Virus record (IMG/VR): IMGVR_UViG_3300030117_005585
Location: 1 to 64,000 of that record
Strand: one strand, 5' to 3'
From: a virus
Length of the DNA stretch: 64,000 nt
The position numbers and the translations under genes were made by a program. Positions within the stretch are counted from its first letter, which is position 1; every line of letters begins with the position of its first letter. Below are positions 29,397 to 38,061 of the stretch, one piece after another. Below the pieces are notes generated by a model. That model made no database searches. It was not told where the DNA came from and saw nothing but the letters and a program-made list of their open reading frames with translations.

Positions 29397-32300
29397 AAAA
29401 AGTATCTTCTTTTTTTACTTCTAATAATGTATCGACAGCATCTCTCATAGAATCTATGTGAGATACAATTAGTGTAAACTGAAATTGTGATTTCAAATAC
29501 TGAAATAAATTATAGACAGAATTTAGATTATCAGAATCCATAGTTCCCCAACCCTCATCAATAGCTAAAAAGTTAGCAGATGGTAGATTACTTACATTTA
29601 CTAATCCCACACGCATAGCTAAAGATGATATAAATCGTTCCATACCGCTAGATAGTTCAAGCGGCCATACATTGTCATCATCATATACTATGTAGCAATT
29701 TATGTTTTTTCCATCCATTTCAAGCACCATAGAAAAGTCAACTATTTGTGCCAGTATGTCGTTGACAGCACCCTCAATAGTTGGGAGTGCCTTAGAAATT
29801 AATTCATATGGTATACCATCTCTTTTGATAGCATCCATATAGTATTGATAAGCAGCATATTTATCCTCTAACTCTTCGACTTTCTTAATATTTTGCATAA
29901 TATTTTTTCTTTGAGTTTCTAATACCTTTATCTCACCATTAACAGATTGAAGTTTTTTATCTGTATCTTCTATGTGAATTTCCAAATTATCAGAATTATT
30001 TTGTGCTTGACTTATATCTTTATGCAAACCTTTGTTGAAAATAATGTCTTTTTCCTGCTCATGATACAAATTGATTTTATCTTCTATTATTGCTAATTGA
30101 CTAATTAGATTTTTTCTCTTTTCTGTAGTTAGTTTTTTCTCACTATCTAATTTACTGATATTAGAAGTTAGTAAGCTAAGACTATTTATAGATTCATCCA
30201 TCTGTTCTTTATGAGTTGTGATATGAGATAAACCATTTATAATATCGTTCAAGTTATCAGATTGTTTTACAAAAGTATCTGCTAACATCTTATCATCGTT
30301 TAACTTTTTCTTTGTTTCCATAGCATCTAATGTAAATGGATTGCTCATACAATAATCACAATTAGAATCATATTCTAAATTACCAAGCTTATCAATCTTA
30401 TCTAATTTGTTTTTCACTTCTATTTTTAGTTTGTCAATCTCAATTTGATTATTGCTCTTATCTAATTTATATTGTTCTAATTGAGCATACTTTTTGTCTA
30501 CTTCATTTTTCTTATAGATTTTAATTTTCTCATTGAGTTCAGTTTCTTCAACAGAATATTGTTCTGATAATGTGGCAATCTCACCAACTCTATCATCAAC
30601 CTTATTTAAAGAATTGGTGAGGTTCATTTTTCTTTCTTGCAATTCGTCTAAACTTTCAGCAGTCTCATCTACTTTTCTTAATTTTTTAGTAAGTTCAATA
30701 ATCCTCTTATCTTCTTCTTTTTTCTGTTTTACTAACTTTCTTTTAGATGAACTAAACTCTTTGGAATCTTTTTTCATACCAACTAAAGAATCTTTTATTT
30801 GAGCCAAATCCCTATCGTAAGTATTGTTAGTAAATGATTTGAGAAGAGATTGTACATCACTAATTTCATCTGCAGCTAATGTATATAATTGGTCGAATAC
30901 ACCGATACCCATAAATTGTGCTAGTAAATCTTTTCTTTCTTTTTGAGTCTTATCAATAAATACTGTAGAATTGGTTTGAAGTGATAAAGCAGTCATAATA
31001 AAATCTTCATAAGTTCCAATAACCTTACGAATATTTACATCGGTTGTTCGTCTTTGGTCTCCATTCAAAGATAATTTTTCATTAGCATCATCAAATGTGT
31101 AAAACTCTACATTTACTTTTACATGACCATTTCGTTGTTTCTTACCAGTCCTTTCAATAAAGTATTCAACACCTTCAACTTCTAATGTTGCCTTACAATA
31201 AAAGTCATTCTTTTTACTATTCAAAACATTGATAGCTTTAAAAGCTCGAGAAGATGTATCAAATAAACAGAATGAAAGAGCATCTAGTAAAGATGATTTA
31301 CCACTTGCGTTCGGTGCAAACATTCCAATGATTCCATTTAGTTTTGTAAAGTCTACAACATTACCTTCACCATAACTAAACATATTATCAAACTCAAACT
31401 TTTTGACTTGCCACATTACACCTCTGTTTACATTTTCTTCTGGCAATCTACCATTAAGTTCTTCATTAATTTTTTTAATATCTATTAAAGTGGCATCATC
31501 TACAAAGTGATTCTGTTTCAAATACTCTTCAACTAACCCATACTGATAGTCAGCATCACTCACATTACCAACTGTGATTCTCTGACCTCTAACTTTTTCT
31601 GTTGAACCTAACGAATCTGTTCTAGTTACTGAAACTTCTTTGACTCCATACTCACTATGAATTAGTGTCATAGCCTTTTTTAACTCAGATGGGGATGTGT
31701 TAGATACCCTTACTCTTAATCTAGCCTTTTTGGGAATATCTGGACAGTCAGGAACCTTACCATTTTCAATATTAATGGTATAGTAGCCGTAGTCATTCGG
31801 TATCTCTATATACTCTGATTTTCTCTTCGGAACATCCCACAATAAATAACCGTGGCTCAAACCTTCTCCATGATTTTGTTGAACCAGAGAACCACAATAA
31901 GATATGGTTTCTTTTTTATTGAGATGCTGTCTTTTGTGGATGTCGCCAAGCAATCCCAAATCGTAACCTTTGAACTTAGATATTTTCACATCTGATGGTA
32001 GATGGAATCCTAAATCCGTTTCTGATTTATCGACTGTTCCATGAAAGAGAACTATCTTAGTATCACCCTCTACATCTTTAGCCTCAATATAGTCATCTTC
32101 TTTTTCCCAAACATCCCATACAACGAACTTTACATCAGCGCATTTGTAAACACCACTACGCTTTAAGTAATGTAAATTAGGGTGTTGTAGATTATTTACT
32201 ATTGGGGAAAGAACATCCATTCTAGAAAGATTATTTAAATTACAATCGTGATTTCCTGCAATTAGAATTGTAGGGCATATGTCGGATAGATTTTTAAATA

Positions 32301-32532
32301 ATCTCGAAAGCTGGTCGACTAACTCAGGCGACATTTCGGTTTTTGAGTGTGCTATATCACCACCGATATAGACTACGGCATTATCTTTATGTTTTTTTAC
32401 CTGCTCGTATGTGCGTTCAAATACTTCTTCATATTCCTTATGTCGCTTAAGGTTACGGATTTGGATATCCGAAATATGATGTATGTATTTTAATTTACGA
32501 AAAGGTACTTTAACAACATTTTCTTTAATCAA
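29377..32532 (-). CDS. Mre11/SbcD-Rad50/SbcC fusion recombination exonuclease (gp47+gp46-like)
   Basis: Phosphoesterase motifs ISDIQ, GGDIAH, AGNHD, FHG and GDIH. Walker A APNASGKSS, zinc hook CDYC, signature SSGME, Walker B AIDEG, SH. Confidence 0.92.
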   Translation of the reverse strand: MIKENVVKVPFRKLKYIHHISDIQIRNLKRHKEYEEVFERTYEQVKKHKDNAVVYIGGDIAHSKTEMSPELVDQLSRLFKNLSDICPTILIAGNHDCNLNNLSRMDVLSPIVNNLQHPNLHYLKRSGVYKCADVKFVVWDVWEKEDDYIEAKDVEGDTKIVLFHGTVDKSETDLGFHLPSDVKISKFKGYDLGLLGDIHKRQHLNKKETISYCGSLVQQNHGEGLSHGYLLWDVPKRKSEYIEIPNDYGYYTINIENGKVPDCPDIPKKARLRVRVSNTSPSELKKAMTLIHSEYGVKEVSVTRTDSLGSTEKVRGQRITVGNVSDADYQYGLVEEYLKQNHFVDDATLIDIKKINEELNGRLPEENVNRGVMWQVKKFEFDNMFSYGEGNVVDFTKLNGIIGMFAPNASGKSSLLDALSFCLFDTSSRAFKAINVLNSKKNDFYCKATLEVEGVEYFIERTGKKQRNGHVKVNVEFYTFDDANEKLSLNGDQRRTTDVNIRKVIGTYEDFIMTALSLQTNSTVFIDKTQKERKDLLAQFMGIGVFDQLYTLAADEISDVQSLLKSFTNNTYDRDLAQIKDSLVGMKKDSKEFSSSKRKLVKQKKEEDKRIIELTKKLRKVDETAESLDELQERKMNLTNSLNKVDDRVGEIATLSEQYSVEETELNEKIKIYKKNEVDKKYAQLEQYKLDKSNNQIEIDKLKIEVKNKLDKIDKLGNLEYDSNCDYCMSNPFTLDAMETKKKLNDDKMLADTFVKQSDNLNDIINGLSHITTHKEQMDESINSLSLLTSNISKLDSEKKLTTEKRKNLISQLAIIEDKINLYHEQEKDIIFNKGLHKDISQAQNNSDNLEIHIEDTDKKLQSVNGEIKVLETQRKNIMQNIKKVEELEDKYAAYQYYMDAIKRDGIPYELISKALPTIEGAVNDILAQIVDFSMVLEMDGKNINCYIVYDDDNVWPLELSSGMERFISSLAMRVGLVNVSNLPSANFLAIDEGWGTMDSDNLNSVYNLFQYLKSQFQFTLIVSHIDSMRDAVDTLLEVKKEDTFSNVFFD

Positions 32533-32747
32533 GTATTATCCTTCAAGAACTTTTTAACTTTATCAATTTTACTATTTGGAACCACTACATCCCAAGATGT
32601 TTCTTCAGATAGTCTACCATTTTCATAGTATATAGTAGAACTGTCCAACTTAAAAGTGTCAATAAGTTTTTTACGAATGCTATCACTGTTGATGTGTACT
32701 TTCCACTCATCATCATTATATTTCCATATATTTTCGTTTTTTGCCAT
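32529..32747 (-). CDS. Hypothetical protein
   Basis: 72-aa ORF overlapping both neighbours in the operon. Confidence 0.6.
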   Translation of the reverse strand: MAKNENIWKYNDDEWKVHINSDSIRKKLIDTFKLDSSTIYYENGRLSEETSWDVVVPNSKIDKVKKFLKDNT

Positions 32748-33648
32748 TCAATTTCATCCTAACTAAATCAGAGAAAGAAGTTAACTTCGTATCTTTGATA
32801 AGGTTTATGGTTTTATAAAATCCCATATCGGAAGGGTCATCTTCTTTAATATTTACAAAATAAACATTAATGCCATTTTTCATAAAACCATCTATCATTT
32901 TAATAGAGTCTTTTATCGCATCTCTATCTAATAATATATATATAGTGTTAGTGCATTTTTCATATATTTTTTTCATAAGTAATTTCGGAACGGTTTTTCC
33001 AAAAAGAGGTATAGAATTTCTTTTTATTGCTATCGCATCAAATACTCCCTCACATAAAACTATTGGTTCATCCCAATTTATAAACAAATCAAATCCTATG
33101 ATGTTTTTGGAAATAGGTGGATTTTTATATTTCATCCCACCTTTGTATATATCTCTACCAACAAAATAATTTAATTCACCATCAGAATTGTAGCTTGGTA
33201 TTATTACTCTATTAGAGTATAAACCTTCATCACAATATCCGATACCGTAACGTAATATATCTCCTTTTGTAATACCTCTTCTTTTCAGATAAGCCATAGC
33301 ATGTTTTTGTATAATTCCACCATCTTTAGTCCACAGTGGTTTGAATTCTTTCGGTAGGTGAACACTTTCTTTTTTTGATGCTGATGATAGTGAATGTGAT
33401 GGTTTCCCAACTAAATCACCTAATTCAGTAAATTGCTCTCTACTGGCTTTTAATTTTTTGAATAACTGAAATAAATTATGTCCACCCTGATTACTTACCC
33501 AACAATGCCATTTACCAGTCTTAACATTTATTTGTAATTTGGGTTTATGATGTGAAGTAAAAGGAGACCAATACATATACTCATCGGCTTTCTTTAATCG
33601 TCTACCGTGATTTCCTATTACTCTATTAAGAAGATTTATTATTTTCAT
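32716..33648 (-). CDS. DNA primase (DnaG/gp61-like)
   Basis: YLKRRGI, NRVIIP, YFVGR, KYKNP, TOPRIM CEGVFDA and LDRDA, DPSD. Confidence 0.9.
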   Translation of the reverse strand: MKIINLLNRVIGNHGRRLKKADEYMYWSPFTSHHKPKLQINVKTGKWHCWVSNQGGHNLFQLFKKLKASREQFTELGDLVGKPSHSLSSASKKESVHLPKEFKPLWTKDGGIIQKHAMAYLKRRGITKGDILRYGIGYCDEGLYSNRVIIPSYNSDGELNYFVGRDIYKGGMKYKNPPISKNIIGFDLFINWDEPIVLCEGVFDAIAIKRNSIPLFGKTVPKLLMKKIYEKCTNTIYILLDRDAIKDSIKMIDGFMKNGINVYFVNIKEDDPSDMGFYKTINLIKDTKLTSFSDLVRMKLNGKKRKYMEI

Positions 33649-33976
33649 TTATTAATTCTATAAATTTTTCGACATTAAGTACGGCGTATGTTTTACTTCT
33701 GTTTCTTTTAAATATCAACACAGGATTGTAATCACCACTATTTTCTTCTGCCTGATTCAATGAATCCCATATGTTTAGTTTTTCTTGATTTTTACATTCA
33801 AATGAGTAAGGAATAAGTTTACGAGCTGCTGGTGATAATTTGATATCTTCACCAGATTCTCCCATAATTGCTGAACGAATGTCATCAGGTTCTAACTGAT
33901 TGAATGTTTCTAACAAAAGATCTCTTACAGAGTTTTGAAGTCTTTTGCCTTTATTCTTGGCACTTCTTGATTTCAT
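33626..33976 (-). CDS. Holliday junction resolvase-like PD-(D/E)xK nuclease
   Basis: SAKNKGKRLQ...GEDI...SFECKNQE...PVLIFKRNR. Confidence 0.75.
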   Translation of the reverse strand: MKSRSAKNKGKRLQNSVRDLLLETFNQLEPDDIRSAIMGESGEDIKLSPAARKLIPYSFECKNQEKLNIWDSLNQAEENSGDYNPVLIFKRNRSKTYAVLNVEKFIELINENNKSS

Positions 33977-34097
33977 ACTTAGTACTTGTTACTTGTTTAT
34001 TTATTAATATTTAATTGAGATTACTAATTCAGGGCAAAAAGGTATTGATAAAAAACCTAAAAGAATTTTTTTATAACCAAAATCAAATGTTAACATT

Positions 34098-34140
34098 AAT
34101 AATATATATATACAATTTTATTGTTATACAATTATTTTTT
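34098..34140 (-). promoter_or_regulatory. Promoter class II: AAAAAATAwTTGTAT-N17-TATATATTATT
   Basis: Same architecture as the promoter upstream of the tRNA at 58268-58310; precedes the resolvase-primase-SbcCD operon. Confidence 0.7.
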
Positions 34141-34564
34141 AATATATTTTGAAATTTGATGAGCCAGTCACATACCAATATTCATTTACTAAAAAAATTT
34201 TAATTTTGTAATCACCCTTTTCAAAAACCTTTAAGTGACTTTTGAATATATCTGTATTTTTTACTGAATATAAATCACGATATACTGTGTAATAGTTACC
34301 AATTAAATTCTGTTCGTGTATTGGAAAACGTATTCGTGGTGATGTTGGTCTAATAATGTAGTCAACTTGAATAATAAGTTTATTTGCGGGCCCTTCCCAT
34401 TTCACAATTAAAGGCACTTCACCATCTATTGTAATATGCTGAATATGGTAAGGTGTTTGAACTTTTTTGATTTGTATTCTAGATTGCCCTCTTTTTGTAT
34501 GTGGGGATATATGTGGTGGTTGGCATGAAAATAAAAGTATCAGTATTAGTAAAAAATTAACCAT
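34139..34564 (-). CDS. Putative lipoprotein
   Basis: MVNFLLILILLFSC lipobox. Confidence 0.55.
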   Translation of the reverse strand: MVNFLLILILLFSCQPPHISPHTKRGQSRIQIKKVQTPYHIQHITIDGEVPLIVKWEGPANKLIIQVDYIIRPTSPRIRFPIHEQNLIGNYYTVYRDLYSVKNTDIFKSHLKVFEKGDYKIKIFLVNEYWYVTGSSNFKIY

Positions 34565-34574
34565 CTCAGGCTAC

Positions 34575-35207
34575 TCAAATCCATCTCGATATTTCTCTTT
34601 TAGCAAACTTTTCTGCCTTTTCTTCCCATTTATTATCATCATGCGGGTCTAATCCATCATAAGCAGCCATTGTACCTGCTTGTGTATATTTTTTTATATA
34701 CTTTTTTACACCAATTCTTTTGGCATCAAGTGCGTGTCCTATTTCATGCAAAATAGTCATTAAGAAATCTCTTGTTGATTTATATGATGGTCGTAATGTT
34801 ATGGTGTCTGTTTCGGGCACATATTCACCAAAGTTTTTGCCAGTGCCCATTTTTATTTTTGATTTAAGTCCGTAATGTTTTAACAATTGTTTTGCAGTAT
34901 CCATAAAATCCATTCTTTCTAAAATAACTCCTTCTTTAACCTGAATCTTTGATTTGTAATTTCTTAAAACTTTTCTTGCACCAATTCCAATACCAGCATC
35001 CATCATTCGTTGTGTTATTTCATACTTATCTTTTCCTAAGTTTTTTATAAAATAATCTGCTTTACCAACTCTACCACTATCCATTTTTCTATTCAACATT
35101 TGTTTTACTATCTTTTTGTCTTTTGCTGTTAGGTGACCTGAAAGAACTTTTATTTTCATTTCATTAACTAAGTAAGAATGTTCCATCATCTTTTTAAACT
35201 TACCCAT
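34575..35207 (-). CDS. HExxH zinc metallopeptidase-domain protein (ImmA/IrrE-like) with protease-type leader
   Basis: TILHEIGHALD...EEKAEKFA; leader MGKFKKMMEHSYLVNE. Confidence 0.7.
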   Translation of the reverse strand: MGKFKKMMEHSYLVNEMKIKVLSGHLTAKDKKIVKQMLNRKMDSGRVGKADYFIKNLGKDKYEITQRMMDAGIGIGARKVLRNYKSKIQVKEGVILERMDFMDTAKQLLKHYGLKSKIKMGTGKNFGEYVPETDTITLRPSYKSTRDFLMTILHEIGHALDAKRIGVKKYIKKYTQAGTMAAYDGLDPHDDNKWEEKAEKFAKREISRWI

Positions 35208-36220
35208 TACGCATCAAACCTCACTACAAAACCTAGTGCTAAATCTTTGTCATTCTTAATAGGTGAAGATAATTGTCCTATAGCAAGTAATTCATTAAAA
35301 TCATTATATAAACCAACTTTAGTTACATATGGTCGGAATTCAGAGTGTGTGGTGAATGGTTCATATCTTGTTGCTTGTTCATAGAAGTGCTTGTAAGAAC
35401 CAGATTGATATTTTGCATCACCAGGTGGGAAAAATCTCCAAGAATCAGAGCCTGAAACACTAACACTTCCACTCTTTTCAAATGTTGCAGATATATTTGT
35501 AGTCGCATTGAATTCATTCTCTCCTATAACACAGAAGTAAGAGTATTCGTTTAAAGTGACCTGCGCTTTATATTCTAAATCAAACCCATCAGAACCTTCG
35601 CCTGTTCCAACATCTACAAATTTAGAACCTGTGTTTGTTATTACAATCACTCCTTCTTCATAAAAAACATTACCTGCAAAACTGGCAGTTGATTTAGTTA
35701 TATCGGTGTCTAAGAATCCACCAGATGCGAATGTGGCAAAACTCTGTGATAAATTTGTATCATATAAGTTACCTTCTCCATCATCAACCATTGTTACAGT
35801 GGATGCTGTACTGTCATCTTTTAAGGTTATGGATTTAGGTTTGATTCTTTCACCATATAAACTTTTTGGAACTGATATTACTGAAGCTGAAGCATGTAGT
35901 AATCTGTATTGTTTACTAGAATTGGAACCAAAATTATTGTAAGGGTTTAAAGCATTTCTGCCTGTGGTTTCTCTTTTCAAACCAGAACCCTTTTGTCTGT
36001 AGTATCTATTATTCAACATAAACCAAGCAGGTAAGTGAAAGAAAGAAGCAGATTGATATGTATCTACACCATCTGTTGTTTTGTCGTATCCACGATGACT
36101 ACCACTTACTGCTCTGAAATTGTATACAAAACTCCCACTATCCTCATTTGTTACAGTAAATTCTTTATATACTTTGAAAGGATTTCTATCAACATCACTT
36201 GGGTCTAGTCTTTTAAACAT
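35207..36220 (-). CDS. Tail/baseplate structural protein
   Basis: DDGEGNL, GNVFYEEG and VTKVGLYNDFNELLAIGQLSSPI. Paralogous to 36239-37291. Confidence 0.65.
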   Translation of the reverse strand: MFKRLDPSDVDRNPFKVYKEFTVTNEDSGSFVYNFRAVSGSHRGYDKTTDGVDTYQSASFFHLPAWFMLNNRYYRQKGSGLKRETTGRNALNPYNNFGSNSSKQYRLLHASASVISVPKSLYGERIKPKSITLKDDSTASTVTMVDDGEGNLYDTNLSQSFATFASGGFLDTDITKSTASFAGNVFYEEGVIVITNTGSKFVDVGTGEGSDGFDLEYKAQVTLNEYSYFCVIGENEFNATTNISATFEKSGSVSVSGSDSWRFFPPGDAKYQSGSYKHFYEQATRYEPFTTHSEFRPYVTKVGLYNDFNELLAIGQLSSPIKNDKDLALGFVVRFDA

Positions 36221-36238
36221 GACCTGTATCCCCTAAAA

Positions 36239-37291
36239 TTAGAAATCTAATTTTACTTTGACAATTGCTTCTCTTGAATATGATTTCAATAATGGTTTAC
36301 TTAATTTAGCGACTGCTAACAACTCACCACCATCATTATACAAACCAACTTGAGTTATGAATGTCTTTGGATTTTTGAAGAATGTAGATTGTGTAAACGA
36401 ACCATCAGAAGAAGTTGCAAATGATGGATTAGAACTAAAGTTAAATTCTTTGTTTGGTATTCTACAAAAAAAGTGTTGTGAAGTAATTATCTCTTCTCTA
36501 CGAGCAGCAAAATAATTAGCAGCTTCTATTTTCTCAAAAAACTTACCAACATTACCACCCTCTGTGTTTGAAGCAAGAGATGCTGATAAAGAAGCTGACA
36601 TCGGTGATGCTAATACAGGACCATTCAGTATAATAATACCTAAGTCAGGATAGAATAGTCCAAGTCCACCACCAGGTTGACTAGCAGCTGTAGTGTCAAT
36701 ATCAGCAGTTCCTCCTTGTATAGAACCACTTACAACATTGAATACCCTACCACCTTGATTGACTTTAGCTTCTGTTGTTGCCCCACTATCGTCAATAAGC
36801 TTCATTATACCTTTGTTATTACTTCCACTTATATGTAATTCCCAATTGCCAGGATCCATCTTTTCACGAAGTTGTTGTCTGGCAACTGATATAGCGTAAA
36901 CGTAATCAGGTGTAATGTGAGCACCAGTTCCAGCAAATGTAAATTTGTCTTCATTAGGTCCTAAAAGAGTTTGTGATAATTGTCTATATATACCAGCAGA
37001 TGCTCTATTTCCAGCAAGACCAGTACCACCTACGGAACCACTTCCGTGAAAGTGACCATAAGCAATTGAAAATTGAACTTTGGCACTTGAATCCGATTGA
37101 GGATTTGCAGAGAAAACATCTAAGTAATGAGCAGCATTACTGCCTGATTGTACTGAAGATGTAAAAAAAGTAGTTATAGAAGCAGCACCATCTGCCCACA
37201 TACCTGAAGATACAATATCTTTTACATTAGTTATAACATCACCAGATTCTGGACTATTTGGTGGTTGAATATTAAACTCTTTATAAATCAT
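36239..37291 (-). CDS. Tail/baseplate structural protein
   Basis: GLFYPDLG, EFNFSSNPSF and ITQVGLYNDGGELLAVAKLSKP...KLDF (tail-collar-fibre-like C-terminal pattern). Confidence 0.65.
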   Translation of the reverse strand: MIYKEFNIQPPNSPESGDVITNVKDIVSSGMWADGAASITTFFTSSVQSGSNAAHYLDVFSANPQSDSSAKVQFSIAYGHFHGSGSVGGTGLAGNRASAGIYRQLSQTLLGPNEDKFTFAGTGAHITPDYVYAISVARQQLREKMDPGNWELHISGSNNKGIMKLIDDSGATTEAKVNQGGRVFNVVSGSIQGGTADIDTTAASQPGGGLGLFYPDLGIIILNGPVLASPMSASLSASLASNTEGGNVGKFFEKIEAANYFAARREEIITSQHFFCRIPNKEFNFSSNPSFATSSDGSFTQSTFFKNPKTFITQVGLYNDGGELLAVAKLSKPLLKSYSREAIVKVKLDF

Positions 37292-37308
37292 CTTTTACTC
37301 CTATAAAT

Positions 37309-37980
37309 TTAAAGTAATCCAACCGATAGGATAACATTGTTAGTTACAGTAATTGATTTAGTAGCACCTGTATCATTTCCTATAATAGTTAATTGTGTTG
37401 ATTTACCTGCCGATGTTGTACTATCTGGAGATAAAGGTAATACACCAATTCTTACAGTTGAAGCAACAAGAGTTTTACTATTAGGTACATCATCATCACC
37501 TAAGAAAAATGGTGTGGTAGCACCAGCTCCAGTAGCACCAGCAGCCTGTCCAACATTCATACTCACAATACTTTGGTCATGTAAAATAAATGTGTATGAT
37601 TGATCTGAAACATTAGCAGTAGTTGGTGTGACTGTAACTCTTGGTTGATTTAAACCACCACCCGCATTGAAAGACACTGCTTCTGGCTGTACATTAAGTA
37701 TTGGCATCTTTTGAGTGTTCTTCGGAAGTGTTACTAACTTGTATCTTAATACATGATTTTCATCAGGAAAAGCTTCTAACAATGGCATGTTTTCTATAGC
37801 TGCTCCATAAAAATCGGTTCCATTTGGATGTGAGGTGTCGAATAAACGATAATCAACCTCATCATCTGATAAAGCAAATTTTGTAATATTAAATGCATTT
37901 GTACCTTGTGCTAATAACTCTCGACCTTTCTTAGTTAATATAGCATCTACGGTAACTGTAGTGTTATTCAGAAATCCCAT
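37309..37980 (-). CDS. Tail/baseplate structural protein
   Basis: DAILTKKGRELLA...ITKFALSDDEVDY (tail-collar-fibre-like N-terminal pattern). Late promoter at 38027-38034. Confidence 0.65.
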   Translation of the reverse strand: MGFLNNTTVTVDAILTKKGRELLAQGTNAFNITKFALSDDEVDYRLFDTSHPNGTDFYGAAIENMPLLEAFPDENHVLRYKLVTLPKNTQKMPILNVQPEAVSFNAGGGLNQPRVTVTPTTANVSDQSYTFILHDQSIVSMNVGQAAGATGAGATTPFFLGDDDVPNSKTLVASTVRIGVLPLSPDSTTSAGKSTQLTIIGNDTGATKSITVTNNVILSVGLL

Positions 37981-38061
37981 AAAAAACTCCTAATTTGTGT
38001 TTTGGATTGTATAATTTGATTCATATATAAATATTACCATTTTGATTTTTTATTAAAAAAA

